Shown in pieces: positions 34,400-48,236 of a stretch of DNA of 64,000 nucleotides. The translations under genes were made by a program, and so were the position numbers. Source of the DNA: Octopus sinensis (Eukaryota). Under the pieces are notes generated by a model that was not told the origin of the DNA, made no database searches, and saw only the letters and a program-made list of their open reading frames with translations. The number at the start of each line of letters is the position of its first letter. Position 1 is the stretch's first letter. The stretch spans positions 119,846,001-119,910,000 of the forward strand of contig NC_042998.1 in assembly GCF_006345805.1 (NCBI RefSeq). Reading direction: 5' to 3'.

Positions 34400-35880
34400 T
34401 TATGTGGTACCTCAACCTACAAGAAATAGCAACCAAATCCTCAACTCATACTTTACTATCTTAAAAAAGGAAGGACAATGATTAGATATGTAATTTTGAA
34501 ATAATATGAGATGGTCATGACTGAAACACCTTTAAATATAGCTTTGCTGGATCAGGGCTTACACAGGGTTAAGCAACAATAGAGAGGCCTATTGATTATC
34601 CACTCAATAATATTGCTTCTATGACTTAATGGAGCTATGGACCATCTTTAGAGATTTATTTTCAGTTGAGTAGAATAAGGCAAATTTAGAAATGGTTCAG
34701 ATCAATGGTCTGAAAGTCTTAGCAAGGACTGAACCAACAATCGATAGATTATTATTAGCAAGGAGCACAGATCTGTAATCATTAAGTAAGTGAGGAAACA
34801 TCTACATGGTTGTTAGACCTGTTGGAAATAGCAGCAGCCAAATCTTCCCCAAACCACACATCCTACATTGGATGATGTAGTCAGGGATACACCATTAGGG
34901 AAAAAATACTGACACCCAAGGTTTGAATGTCTCTGATTGTAGGTATGTTCAATCAGAGCTACTCTGAAGCTAAACAACAACAATAACATTTTGATTATTT
35001 AGCAACTACATCATTCCAAAAGCTAAGGAATGGATAATTATTTCATTCATCTTCCAGATTTCATATTAAGCATTTCTCTCAATCCTTCCTCTTCAGAATT
35101 TCCACGTCCAGAAACTTCTTCCTTACCCATCCGTTCTTTCTGGTTACTAACATGGAACAATTCAAACTGAACATTAATCACACTATGTGGCCTCAGTATC
35201 ATGATAAAAACAGACCTAAAGTTGCTTTAAGTAGTGCCCATCCTCCATCTCAGATAAACTTAAATATGCCATACCCATCCCAACATCCACTACTATATAT
35301 CTGTTTCATTCCATTAGCCTTGTAGTTTATAGGGGAAGAATGTGAGCCATGTGTCTCCTGGTGTAATATCAACCTAACGACAGCTAGGGAGCAGCTATGC
35401 AGTTGTTCAACCTGCTAGAAATAATAGCCAAATTTCCCTCAAATACCCAACTATCTTAAAAAAAATTAGACCCATTTGGATCATGTGGCCTTGGATATGC
35501 AACAAGGGATGATCATGGTTGGAATGCTTTTCATCATAGGTTTACTCAATCAGGGCTGATCTGGATTTAAACATTAACAACAATCCAGTGTGTCTCATAT
35601 AATTAAGCACTGCATAGAAGACTGTACAATATTGTCTTCAGCTAGGCAGAAATATGTGCATAGTTGTTCAGCTGACCAGAGCTTATCAAAGGCTGGTTGC
35701 TCACCTAGTTATATCACCTGAATCTTCCTGATATCTCTCTCTAATGTCCTAAAAAAAGATAATATGGTCCTGGGTTTCATGCACATAAGAAAAAGACAGG
35801 ATGGCCACAGCTGGAATGCCTCTGATCATAGCTGGGTCATAGCTGACCTGGGGGCTAAAAAACAGCATCATCAACAAAAG
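34400..35880 (+). repeat. Cluster of 4-5 same-orientation 3' tails of an (AAC)n-tailed retroposon family
   Basis: Recurrent ctagaaatagcagccaaat...ggaatgcctttgatcatagg...cagggctgacctggggctaaacaacaac. Other copies at about 24880, 43800, 45540, 47990, 49690 and 56320. Confidence 0.7.
35535..35659 (+). repeat. Template copy of a 125-bp exact duplication
   Basis: Identical to 36370-36494. Confidence 0.97.
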
Positions 35881-35914
35881 AAACATGGATGATTGTCCAA
35901 AAAAATGTTCTCAC

Positions 35915-35949
35915 GTGATAGTTTTTACTGGTGGTTTCTCTCTGAATTT
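35915..35949 (-). CDS. ALKBH3: ALKBH3 35-nt exon (KFREKPPVKTIT)
   Basis: ttgcag|AAA...AC|gtgaga; phase 0-2, exactly what is needed to link the flanking exons. Confidence 0.9.
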
Positions 35950-36334
35950 CTGCAATAAAAGAAACAAAGGATTGTTCTAAAAATATATAATCTGATATAA
36001 AGTCAATAATATAACATTAAATATTTTTTTTAATAATATTTTTGTTGTTTTTGTAAAATCTCAGAAAATAATTAAAAATTCACATTTTTTGTCAAATTAT
36101 TTTGTTATATTTGTCTATCTATCCAACTGTTAATATTTTAAATATTTCACTAAGTTTTTGTTATAACAATTTGTTATAGCAATTAATACACAAGGGATAT
36201 TTTGAAATTTTCTTATAAAATTAAAAAATCAATAAACGAGTTTAAATGCAAATTTTATCTAACTGAATATTTGATGTATAAGCCTTATATAGCACTTATT
36301 AGAACATTTGTCATACTGCTTAACACATCTATTA

Positions 36335-36620
36335 CATCATCATCGTTTAATGTCCGCTTTCCATGCTAGCATAGGTTTACTCAATCAGGGCTGATCTGGA
36401 TTTAAACATTAACAACAATCCAGTGTGTCTCATATAATTAAGCACTGCATAGAAGACTGTACAATATTGTCTTCAGCTAGGCAGAAATATGTGCTTTGAC
36501 CGAGGTCTGGCAAACCAGATGGCTGCACCAGACTCCAATCTGATCTGGCAGAGTTTCTACAGCTGGATGCCCTTCCTAAAGTCAACCACTCCGAGAGTGT
36601 GGTGGGTGCTTTTAAATTGC
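36335..36620 (-). mobile_element. RTE-type 3' tail interrupted by a 125-bp templated insertion (36370-36494)
   Basis: Consensus ctagcat|gggttggacgg|tttgac is replaced by a copy of 35535-35659. Confidence 0.9.
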
Positions 36621-37646
36621 TATTTAAACTTAAGGAATTCTACCATTTCTCCCTCTACTTATCATCCCTACTTTATCTTACACTTTATCTTTGAAACAGA
36701 ATTGCAGTCCTCAACAACTCTCACCCAGTTCACATCTTCCCAACAAAATTTAAAGTTAAACATTAGCCATATTGACCACATCTATGTGAGAGTAGTTGCA
36801 AAGATCAAAGACACTGCTCTTCATTCTCATTTCACAATAATTTTGTCATGCTTGCTGCAATGAGAGGGGTTTTTCCCTTTCATTGAAGTAATTTTGAGGT
36901 AGTAGATTTAATTTGTCATACAGTTTAACCCTACTACATGGTCCTTAGGTGCTTTTAGCAAAGTCTACTTTCATAGTTGACTGTTTTTCCTACCACTAAC
37001 CCCTGAATAATGAAGTATATGAAGAACTTGAACTTTCTTTAGTTGTATCTTTAGTTTCAATCTCACTATTGAGGCTAAATTATATGAAAGAAAAAAAAAA
37101 CAACAACTTCCACACTACAAATTCAGCAAATAGCTGAGCTGATGAGAAATAGCTGTCAATAAACTAAGATGCTGACACTTAGTCCCCAGTCAGTGGAGTG
37201 GTAGATGAGACTAACCTAATTCAAGCCAAAGAATATGTTAATACGATAAATAAATATCATTAGAGTGATGACTGAGTCATCATTGAATTCTGTAATCCTG
37301 TATGCAGGTTATTGTAACTACTGAAGAACTGGTTTTTACAGAATAATTTGAAGTGGTTTCTTGTTGACTCCTTAAGGCTAATAAGGATTAAACCCAATCT
37401 TGCAAGCTAACAGACCACTCATCAATCTTTTCATGTTATTTCAGTTTAGTGTGGTGGATGGAAAGTGGTTCTTATTTACAACCAGATGGATGGGACCATT
37501 TCAGAGCTAAGGAGCCACTGACTAAACTGTGCCAATCAAATATATGAAGCACCAAACTCTTGGCTGGTTACCCTCCACCTTCTCCATGTAACTATCTGTG
37601 CTCCCCATCTCATACACAAAAATGCACAAATACATTGTATACTTAC

Positions 37647-37841
37647 ATTAGAAGATCCAGTAAATAAAAATTGTGCGTATTCTTCTTGTTTTGAACTGTC
37701 TTCTTTGTTATCTTGGTCATTTAAAGTGTTAAATGATACTGGAGGGCGTTTAGGTTGTGGTAATTTCTTACCAGTGTTATTGTTAGAAGCTGATGACCAT
37801 CCTCCTTGTATTCGAGCTCGACGTCGTTTGTCAGAACTCAT
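37647..37841 (-). CDS. ALKBH3: ALKBH3 first coding exon (MSSDKRRRARIQGGW...FLFTGSSN)
   Basis: ATG at 37841; probable acceptor atttag just upstream (exon edge 37854), implying a non-coding exon 1; donor AAT|gtaagt. Confidence 0.93.
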
Positions 37842-37854
37842 ATCTCAAAGAGAT

Positions 37855-40021
37855 CTAAATGAAGTAAAAATGGAAACCTGATGGAAATTATTTTTATATC
37901 AATAACCTATCAAAGTATTTATTACTTTTATATTTATCATAATACTTGTTACCTATCATAGCATTTGTTTTTTCCACACCTGTTTCTAATATAGGTACAA
38001 ACCTAACAGTTTAGGGGGAAGAGGATTTGTCAATATCATTGACTGAGGCACTTGACTCTTACAATATTTTACTAACACCAGACGGATGAAAGGTGAAGCT
38101 GAACTCAGGAAGATTTAAACTTAGAACATAGAGAACTGGAATGAATGCTGCTTGGCATTTTTTCAGACATTCTAATGATGCTAGCAACCAACAGCCCTTT
38201 CCACATCATAATATTGTTACTTGTCTCTATAAAATTTGTTACTTCTACACCTACCATAATATTTCTTACTTCTATGATTATTATAACACTTGTTATTTCT
38301 ACACATATCTTAATAGTTTATATACACTCTTCTATAATGCGAGTAGCAAATGTAGTTCCTCAACAAGACAAAAAAAGCCTGCTCTGTTCTGGCCCCTTCT
38401 TTCATATTGCTTTCCTCTCTATTGTAGACCCCACTCAGTCAAGAAGGGTTTTAGTCTAGCAAGCTGCATGGTGGCCTTACTAATTTTGGTGCCATGAAAA
38501 CAACACCTAGTACATGCAGTAAAGTGGTTGGCATTAGGAAGGGCATCCAGCTGTAGAAACCACACCAAAGCAAACATTGGAGCATGATGCAACCCTTGAA
38601 CTGATCAAATCCTGTCAAACCATCCAACCCATACCAGCATGAAACATGGACATTAAATGGTGATGATGATACTTAACATAGTATTGATTGATAACTTTTT
38701 CTAGCATGATTTGTGTTCTCTTAAAGTCTACTTCATCATTTCAGATAGAAAAAAAAAACAGGGGGAGAAATGATAAGCACAATACCACGAGGCACGAGGA
38801 GTGACACTGTGATAGAATTAGTTGTTGTTTAGCCTTAAGTCAGACCTGATAACCGAGGCTTATAATTAGTTATTCCATCTTTCACTTCAGGCGTTATGCA
38901 TCCATAACTAACACCCCATGTGTCTTTCTTTACAATGATATGAAGGAGATTTGGCTGCTATTTGTAGCGGGTCATGTATGAAAAAGATAATAGACAAACT
39001 CCTGCGACAACAGGCTCATCTACTGTAATTTTTGCTAGAAATACCAACTATATATTAGAACGTGGAAAAAGGGTGAAAAAGTTGACAACTGAGAACAATA
39101 AACTAATATATTTATACAAATCAGTATTGGGCTCTAATCTTAATTCCAAGCAACAACTGATGATGGAAAAACAATAGTATTTGTTTTTAAATGGATATAA
39201 TGAATCCACTATAATATATTACACAAACAACGCAAGCTGTTCATATGATGATAAAAATATAAAAAGAATTGCATCTTTGTAGCATCAATATTTGCCTTTC
39301 AAGACACACGTATACTGTTACATTAATTTTTGTTTATTTCGCAATGGTATTATATTACTCTCTAAAATGTTCATAACTAAATACAAATTTCGTCTGCACC
39401 AACGGCCAAATCCTTGATAATTTCTTTCATAGTGTACATATCGTAAATATCAGATGTTTGCAAAGGTATTTACACAATGAAATCTAGAACTAATGTTTAC
39501 AATAATTCGGTTTTGGACTCTTGAATAACATTCATTATATTGTATTTGTTGATATATCAGAAGCAATGATAAATTTACATCATCAATTATATTTAATATT
39601 TTCAAATATTTACCTAATTTATGTTTTAAACAACGCCAAACACATTTTGGGGGAAATAAAGAAAATAAAGAAAAATTGTCTTACATTAGGTAAACTTATT
39701 TTCGTACTAATACTTAAACTTGTGATCGAGATAAAAATATATTTATTCCATCATATATACCTTTAATATAGTTTTAAACTATTGCTAATAAGTTATTTTG
39801 AAATATCATAGTATTAAACAAATCAGTTAAAAATGAATAAAGAGAGAGAATGTTGCAGACAAATTTATACGAAACTTAGTTTCCAGAATAAAGTGCAATG
39901 GAGGGCAGTAACCAGGAATGTTGATTAAAAGACAAATTAAGTTTAATTAAACACACCAAACATGTCGAGACTTCTTCTGAATTTCCTTATATAAACAAAT
40001 AACGATTAGCTTCAACTTAGT
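37855..40021. promoter_or_regulatory. Interval containing the divergent ALKBH3/TRAPPC10 promoter(s) and ALKBH3 5' UTR exon
   Basis: Start codons are 2.18 kb apart, head-to-head; TSS positions cannot be identified from sequence alone. Confidence 0.55.
38450..38670 (+). mobile_element. RTE-type 3' module
   Basis: GGCATTAGGAAGGGCATCCAGCTGTAGAA block and gatgatgat tail. Confidence 0.8.
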
Positions 40022-40046
40022 ATGGAAACCAAACCAGTTGTTACAT
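40022..40046 (+). CDS. TRAPPC10: TRAPPC10 coding exon 1 (METKPVVT)
   Basis: In-frame TAG upstream at 40007; T|gtgagt donor; similar to human MENKPIVT. Confidence 0.9.
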
Positions 40047-40672
40047 GTGAGTATATTAAATACATTAAAGTGAATCTGCTGTCGTCTTGTTTATTTTCTT
40101 CTCGCTCTCGTATTTAGAACAATTGTTAAAATAACTACAAAGTTAGACACAGTTCATTGATCCCATTCTCTTCCATATGTCATTTATTGGAATCAGAATT
40201 AAAATTATACATTAACATTAAATGTTGAAGTTGTTTAATGCTCCAGTGTCTCATGAACTCGGGTGTTCACTTAACATAAATTGATGGAAGCAACTCACTA
40301 CCGTGCTAAACATGACTATCGTTGATAACACACTACACCAGCGATTTTCAACCTGTTTTGATCCAAAGTCACTGAACAAGGCACCAAAAGTATTGTGGCT
40401 TATAAACTTCATTGTATTAAAATATGAGCATTAAAATTGTTTTAAAATGGAGCTTGGGTTCTTTCATCGCACTTCGCTACAAAGGAAATAAACACCCAAG
40501 TTTTCTAAATATTTTGACATTTTCTGGCTCACTTCAAAAACTTGCGGCACACCTACCTACCATACACGTTACACGAATGTGTCGTAGCACAGTGGTAGAA
40601 AGCATCTGTATTACACAGAACAAGCAATATTTAAACCTACACAGACCTTATTTCAATATTTTACCGATCTAA

Positions 40673-40883
40673 GGCGGTGAGCTGATAGAATCGTTAGCAC
40701 GCTGGGTAAAATACTTAGCGGTATTTCGTTCATCTTTACGTTCTGAGTTCAAACTCCGCCGAAGTCGACTTTGCCCTTCATCCTTTCGGCATCGATAAAA
40801 TAAGTACCAGTTGAGCACTGGGGTCCATCTAATCGACGTATCCCTCCCCCCAAAACTGCTGGTCTTGTACTAAGATTTGAAAG
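40673..40883 (+). mobile_element. tRNA-derived SINE, family B, with 14-bp TSD
   Basis: A-box-like gctgatagaatcgttag and B-box gagttcaaactcc; TSD caatattttaccga (40654-40667) and caatatttcaccga (40884-40897). Confidence 0.88.
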
Positions 40884-42419
40884 CAATATTTCACCGAAAT
40901 AATTAGGTAACATTCAACTGGTTACTTGACCTGTTACAAATAACAGCCAAAATCCCAAACCACATCATACTGCTTAAGTTTTATTTTCCCTTATAAACCG
41001 TAACTATTGTCCATCTCTTTGTATAGGAAATCTGAATCTGAGGTAGGTGCTAGTGTTCAAGTGTTCACATATAGACTTCCCAAGCTCCAGATCATCTCTT
41101 ATCAAGCAAACCTACTTATCAAAGGTATTCCAGATGTTACAATTCCAACATTTTTTTTTAAACAGTGAACGATATTATAGATTGTGTTTTATTTATTGTG
41201 TGGTATAAAGGAGATTTGGTTATTTCTATCAGGTTAGCGAGTATGTAAAGGCTTCTATGCTGGCTTATCCCACTTTATAGAAGTGTTAGGAGCAAGCAGT
41301 GGATTCCAAGATATGATGCCTAGAAGTTGAGTAAGAGAAATATGTGCTCCACATTTTCACTTTTCCTATTACAACCAACAGTATCCTCCCTCTCTGTCTC
41401 TCTATGATATTGTTACTATAATGGTTCTTCTCTGAAATAACTGCATTCACCAAGAAAACTGTACCATCACCTCTACTCCACTCATCGTCACACATTCCCA
41501 GTCTTTCCTGGAACTCCACTCTATCCACATTTCCTTCCGCTGACATCGACCTATAAAGGTTTATGCTGAATATCAACCACACTGATCTCAACAATCAGGC
41601 AAGATTGTGTGGTTAGAAAGTTTCCTTTGCAATTACTTGGTTTTGGGATCAGTCTTACTGCATGGCACATTGTTCAGGTGTTTTTTAGCATAGATCAGTT
41701 CAAGCAAAACCTTATGCTTGATATATAATTGATATTTAGAGAAGTTCACCAAAAGAAACATTGCCTTTTTTTTGTGACAGACTTTATTCATTACAGTTAA
41801 CTCAACTATTTGGTGCTTGAATATGCTTAACAAATTTATTCAGTCGCAGGTGTTTGAATTAGGTTTTCCTCCCAATAGCCTTGGATCTTAAGAAAAGTGT
41901 TGCTTCCCTCCTCTAAGTCATATATAAAAAAGAACTCTTTCCTCTTTAAATTTAATACTATAAATCAAATTTGGCTATTCATTGTTTCTGTTATCACCCA
42001 GCTTCATTTTTTATATGTTATTACCATATATGGATGGATGGGATATTTTGTTTTTGTTCTTACAGTTTCTCCTATCAATGTCACAACCATGAGCCCCAAA
42101 TACAACTTATTTCCTGTCAGTAATACCAATAGCTTTGAACTTATGATCATGTCATCATAAGTCCAGAATCTTGACTTCATAACCATTCTCTTTTTTTATT
42201 TTAGTTCATAGAATACTGAAACATTTCAGAAACATTGAGCATCGTTATAGGAATATTATATAAGTTTTTATTCTGTATTTTTGATATTGTTGGGACACAA
42301 CCAAGATTTGATTACAAAGTCTTTCCCTCCTGTTTCTAGATAATTATATTTCATACTTATTTTGAAACATGTACACACACTCTCTTTCTCTATCTGACTG
42401 GTTGGCACTTTATCCATTT

Positions 42420-42459
<40 letters not shown>

Positions 42460-43025
42460 ACAGAAATGCAAATGTGAATAACAATATTTAATACATGAAG
42501 TAAACATCGTTTGTAAAGTCAATGATTCACTCTGTAGTAATTCAGAGTTTATGTGATGGGACTGTTCAGGTTTTATCAAAACGATTTACAAACACACACA
42601 CACAGATTCATGTTTGTTTTTATGTGAAGTTATATATAAAAGCAGTCAACCATAAAATTGAAATATATTTTTACAAAGTGACTATTGACTGAAGGTAAAG
42701 TTTGCAGCTTATTTACCATCATCAAACAGTGTAGTGATGGTCATCTTTTTTCTTTCCCCCAACTATTTATAGTATTCCTTATTACTAACCTATATATAAA
42801 TATTTTGTTTAAATGTAGATTTTGTATTGTTTTATTCTTTGTCTGAAGAATTTCTAATATGAAATTTCTTACATGTTTATCTAACATGGACAATTTTGTG
42901 ATTCCTATTAGCAAATGAAATATGTGTAATGGGGAATAATACTAAAAAATTTTCCAACTTCCTGTTTTGTTATATGAATGTAAAATATAGATTTTAAGTA
43001 AATATCAGTATATTCTACAAACCAG

Positions 43026-43107
43026 GTTATGGAGATTCTTCCCTATTCTCTGGGTTACAAGCACACATCAACCGAGGACTGCCCAAGGAAGCTACAGAAT
43101 GGAAAAG
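43026..43107 (+). CDS. TRAPPC10: TRAPPC10 exon 2 (CYGDSSLFSGLQAHINRGLPKEATEWKR)
   Basis: 82 nt; accag|GT...AG|gttagt. Confidence 0.95.
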
Positions 43108-43567
43108 GTTAGTCTGTCAATTATTTTTGGTCAAATGTCAACCTTCACCAGCTCTTTTTTTATTATTGATGAAGACTGTTCGCATAAAGTTTGGAGGCCT
43201 TATGTATGGTGAGGTAACATAAGCAGAGAGTGTTGCAGAAAGATACAGTTTGGGATGAGGACAATTGGATATTGTGTTTGCTATGAGATTCATGGAACGA
43301 AACACTGTAGAGATAACAAGGGAAGTGATTGTTATTGTTGATGTTTAATTCCAGGTTATGGTCAAAAGTATTCTGTTTGGGAACACTCTGTTTTTTCATC
43401 ACCTAAACCTTTCAAAGCAATATTTTATCATGGTCATAAGCCAATGACTGAAACAATGAAACAAGGAAAACAGTTATTTTTTTTTAATGTTCTTTTAATA
43501 ACTTTGAATGTATTTAAAAAAAAAATTTAAAACACAAATACTGATGCCAACTTTCTTTTTGTTGTAG

Positions 43568-43700
43568 ATCCTATGGGAGATCATCAAAGTTTGTGTGTCT
43601 TGATGCCAGTTTTGTTCCCTATGACGAAGATATTCTACCAACAGAAAATGATAAATCACTTATTAGCCGACCATTCTTCCATATATATTGGACTGAATGT
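43568..43700 (+). CDS. TRAPPC10: TRAPPC10 exon 3 (SYGRSSKF...PFFHIYWTEC)
   Basis: 133 nt; ttgtag|A...TGT|gtatgt. Confidence 0.96.
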
Positions 43701-46254
43701 GTATGTGTTGTTATTTTTATTTTTAAATATTCAGTTTTTACACATATTCAGTTTCATTGAATTGTTTTTCTTTATAATTCATCTGTGTTGTTGATGCTGT
43801 TGAGTCCCAGGTCAGCCCTGATCAAGTATGATTCTAGTCACCAGCTTCCTGTTTTTTCTCCTTATGCAGTGTATCAAGGACTGTATAATTTAATGTGTCC
43901 TTCCTGTTTTAAGAAAGTAGGGGATTTGAGGGGATTATGGTTGCTATTTCTAGCAGATTGAGCAACTGGACAAGCTTGGGAGCATGGTAATGGTGGTATT
44001 CATGTTTGTCTTTTTATATTGACATGAGTTTTCTTGGACTTGGTATTGGAAGATAAATATTCTCCTAATGTAGAATCCTGTTACTTATCATTGAAGGAGA
44101 TTGAGGGATTCTAAATATATTGGAATTTCTTACATTTTCTGTCTCATTCTTTAATAATTTTTGTAATGTTTAACAGTTATGAATAAGGGACTCTTTAAAG
44201 GAATAGGTGGCAAGTATCATAGCTTTGAGTGTTCTGAAAAATATTATGTGAGGTTCATTGATCTTTATTTAATTTTTTAAAGTTTAATTTATATTGCAGT
44301 TTGTAAACTATAGTGTCATAAGGTTTTAGATTTCCAAAGGCCAATCATATGATCACTGCATTTATGATGATTTGAATCACAAAGAAACATCTGTGTAACT
44401 TGAGAAGAAAAATTACTATAAAATATCATTTTTATGACTGATGTATTTCTGTAAAAGTTATATATTTATATAAACACAGAAACAGAAGACAACCTGGAGA
44501 AGGAAGATATGAAAACTAAAAGTTTCTGTAATTGAGAATATGTTTAGAGAAATTCTAAATGATGCATGTGACTCTAATGAGAAAGATTTAGATATCTATA
44601 GCATAGATGACAACTGGAAATTTCTACAAAATACCTAGCTTAAGCCTGGTGCTAAGTTCTAGCTAAACCAAATATAATGTGGTGGTGGAATGACATGTTT
44701 GATAAGACAGTAGAGGCTTAGAAAACCTGGAAGGAAGGTGGTTGTAGGCAGTATTATTAAATGACTAAAAGAGCAGCTAGATGATCAGTATATGTGGCCA
44801 AGGGTGTAGGCAAACAGGAAAAGATTTGCTCATGTCTTGTTATGAGAGGATCAGAGGTGTAAGATATTCAGGATTGTGAGATAATGTGTGAGAGAGAGGT
44901 CAGTGGTGAGAAGTGTATTCAAATTAAAAACAACTAAACCACCATTCATTTTTGAAAAGTTATAAAAATATTAAATTTTTAAGGTTTTGATTTGTTGTTA
45001 TTATACTGTAAGAAGGCTAGATTTAGGTTACTTAAAAATGGCCAAAATGAATTAGTCTAAGGTAGAGCTGTAAAAGTTAAGTACTTTTAATGTTGGTGTA
45101 ATGAGGGAAATATTTTGTGATCAAATCTTGATCTCATTCTAACATTGTAAAAAATACAAAATGAAAACAAATATCATACAAAAATACACGTATGCAGGAT
45201 TAATGAAAGAAATTTCAAACTTTGTGTATAAGCAGTAAACATGGAGGTGGATATTGATGGGGGTTTTATAGCATCAACACTAAACTTGTTAGTCAAATAT
45301 TTTTTGTCATACTCACTCTCTCTTGCATGTGCAATATATCTGAAATATATGTAATATCTTTGGCTGTTGTTGAGGGTTTGTGCATCCAGTTACTCAATCT
45401 CAGAAATGTTCCAAAATTGTTTAGCTGTATTCTTAGTCAACACAATTCTGATTGTCTGATTCTTCATGCAAATCAACAATTCTTATTCTTAAATAGTTCT
45501 TTTGAATATTATGAGGATAAAATATTGAACTATTGACATCATGGCTACAGTGTTAAATCCTCCTGCTACATGTATTTCATGCTCATGGACAAGGAACACA
45601 CTCTACTTCCTTTCAAATTGGCCTTGATCAAGCAGTCTCATGATCAAAAGGCTTTCTAACATGACCATTTCATCTCTTTTTCAGGGATAATGTACTCTGG
45701 AGTATACAATAATATGGTATAGCCTGAAGTAGATTTTGCTGCTGTTTCTAGCAGGTTGACTAACAACTCTTATACTAGTGTGGTTGGTAGTAGGAAAGTT
45801 ATCTTCCTGTAAAAACAGTTTATACTTTGAAGTAATTTGCTGTGTACTGGCTCACACAACCCAACACGCTTGTCACTCTTCTTTTTGTCATTCATACTGC
45901 CCTACATTAACAATCATGTCCAATCTTCCTTTCTAGGATTTCTTCCCTTCCTATGCCCCCCCCCCCGCCTGTGTCATTTCAGAGATGTTTAAACTAAACG
46001 TCAATTACAATCATCTCACTGAACCCCAAAGAGCCTTTGTTGGTCATGGACTCTGTCCCTTTATTTTGATCAACCTTATAACAGAAAAACCAAAAATTGA
46101 CAATATCCTAGACCTGTTAACTTCCCTTGATCTTCTCCAAACCATAATAACATTGAAAGAAAGGATTTAAAACAAGTCTTTAAACTGTGTGTCATGTCTA
46201 TGAATTTAAATATTATGTATAAAACGGTGAATAGTGTTGTACTGTCATTACCAG

Positions 46255-46448
46255 GATGTGGACAACTACAAGCAGTCAGTACGAGAAGATATAACTGAAT
46301 GGCATACTGCATTGAAGAGCAACAATATACCTGACTGGTTAATAGTTGTTGTCGTCAGTGATGAAAGTAAAGTAAAGGCTAAGCTTTTGCCTCGATCATC
46401 AGTTATTGATAGAGTGAAAAGTGATTTCTGTGGAAAGCAGGTTGATAG
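46255..46448 (+). CDS. TRAPPC10: TRAPPC10 exon 4 (DVDNYK...CGKQVDR)
   Basis: 194 nt; accag|GAT...AG|gtaagt. Confidence 0.97.
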
Positions 46449-46837
46449 GTAAGTATTGTTGCTTATGTTTATAATTGTAGTTTTTTATCTAACAATTGCT
46501 CTGGTTGATGGGAAATGGTAGCAGCTGTAGACTACTGCTGCTACCATTTCAGAAACAATAATGAACTTCTTTACTACACTCAACTTGAAATTTATAGCTA
46601 TTATACCTACTACCGACAAAACACCACCACATGGATTCTATTGAGACCAGTAAGAAACAATTATGAACTTTTCTATTACACTTTACTTTTTATAATATTT
46701 TTGATAAGGTTCGTTTTTTTCAAGAACTGAAACATGTAAAATTCATAAGAAAATTAAAATTTATCTAATATAGTAGTGTTTTCAAACTTCTTTTTTACAA
46801 ATATATACCCACTCATATACGATCTACTCTTATTATA

Positions 46838-46975
<138 letters not shown>

Positions 46976-47770
46976 ATCATTCTTATCACCTTCAACTATC
47001 ATGTGACATATGCATAAGAGATTGCGTGATATCTAGTTTACCCTATACACTCTATCATTATCCATTCTGTACTTCCTTTCATTACTCTCTCATCTCCAAG
47101 CCACTTATTGATATCCACTTCTAATACTATCCATCACTCTCTCATCCCTTCATCTCCTCTATGACCCTCTCACTCAAATCTCTGCTTCTGCCATTCATTA
47201 TTACTCTCTTTATTCACCCAACCTAGTTCTTCTGTTATTTTTTGCTCTTTCCTTTCTATTCATCTCTTCACCTGAGTGAATGAATACATCACAGAAGAGT
47301 GAGGTCTCTAATTGCAGAGTACAAAGCAACAAGTATTGGTGTTACTATAAAATCTTTCCAGGATACTTTTTAAAGCGCCTTGGTAGAGCTTTATAGTGGC
47401 ACCAATACCTCACTAGTGCTGGTGTCATGATAAAATGCACCCTGTACACTATTAAGTAGTTTGTAATTGGAAGGGCAGCCAGCCATAGAAACCAAGCTAA
47501 AAATGAAACGTGATTAATATTTGGTCCTCTGACCTATCTAGGAGGACAGTAACTCTAAATAAAAACAGACTCAGACTGTGATAATCCATCCAACTGATAC
47601 AATGTAAAAACAAACAAACAACTGATGATTATGATAATATGTACACTCATATACACATATAATACACCTTATTAGTTTAATAACTGTAAGAATTCTAGTA
47701 TTTATTGTTGCCTGTTTCAAATTGTGATTTCTTAAATCTGAATTACCATTTCTGTTTGTCTTGTTTGAAG

Positions 47771-47966
47771 ATGCATTGTTTTGACAGAACCTCACAAGGG
47801 TGACCAAAGGTGTATGGATTCCTGGAATAACTTCTACCAACGTCTTCGGCAGTTATTGCTACAATCTTTCAACAGGCACCTAAGTAAATATGAAGAAAAC
47901 ATGAGATCTTTGAGGGAAAGACGGAATGAACAGAAATGGAGCTTCTCTGAGTATTTTTTAGTTCAG
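47771..47966 (+). CDS. TRAPPC10: TRAPPC10 exon 5 (CIVLTEPH...SEYFLVQ)
   Basis: 196 nt; tgaag|A...CAG|gtaact. Confidence 0.96.
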
Positions 47967-48236
47967 GTAACTTAAATTCTGTAAGTCTTGATGTTAGGTG
48001 TTGTTGTTTAGCTCTAAACCAGCCCTGATTGAACAGATCTTTGACCTTATTTCTAATGAAATATATAGCCAATATATTTCTGTTGATTTTGAAAATAAGC
48101 AAAATTTTGAAGAATTTAGTAAAATAACTAATTTTGTCACTTATTGATTTATCGTTTGGGACATAACTTAACAGGTTCTTACATAAAAGTATGATTTAAG
48201 GTGGTTTTGTATCAAAGATGGTTTGAGGCAGCTTTA

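Larger units (their letters stand above)
25284..37841 (-). other. ALKBH3: Gene span: alpha-ketoglutarate-dependent dioxygenase AlkB homolog 3 (285 aa, 7 coding exons)
   Basis: Exons of 195+35+48+196+210+99+75 = 858 nt join in frame through GT-AG introns. Protein has KRRRARIQGGW, QPRLTAWYGDLPYSYS, NSMLANLYR, HTD, QHRVPKEY and RINLTFR. Confidence 0.97.

Noticed and set aside
40673-40790. A-box/B-box sequence as a tRNA gene (also 32309 and 50675)
   Set aside because: No cloverleaf; followed by SINE body and TSD, so these are SINE heads.
41286-41594. 102-aa minus-strand ORF near the TRAPPC10 start
   Set aside because: It is the antisense reading of a decayed LINE 3' end on the plus strand; no splice support or homology.
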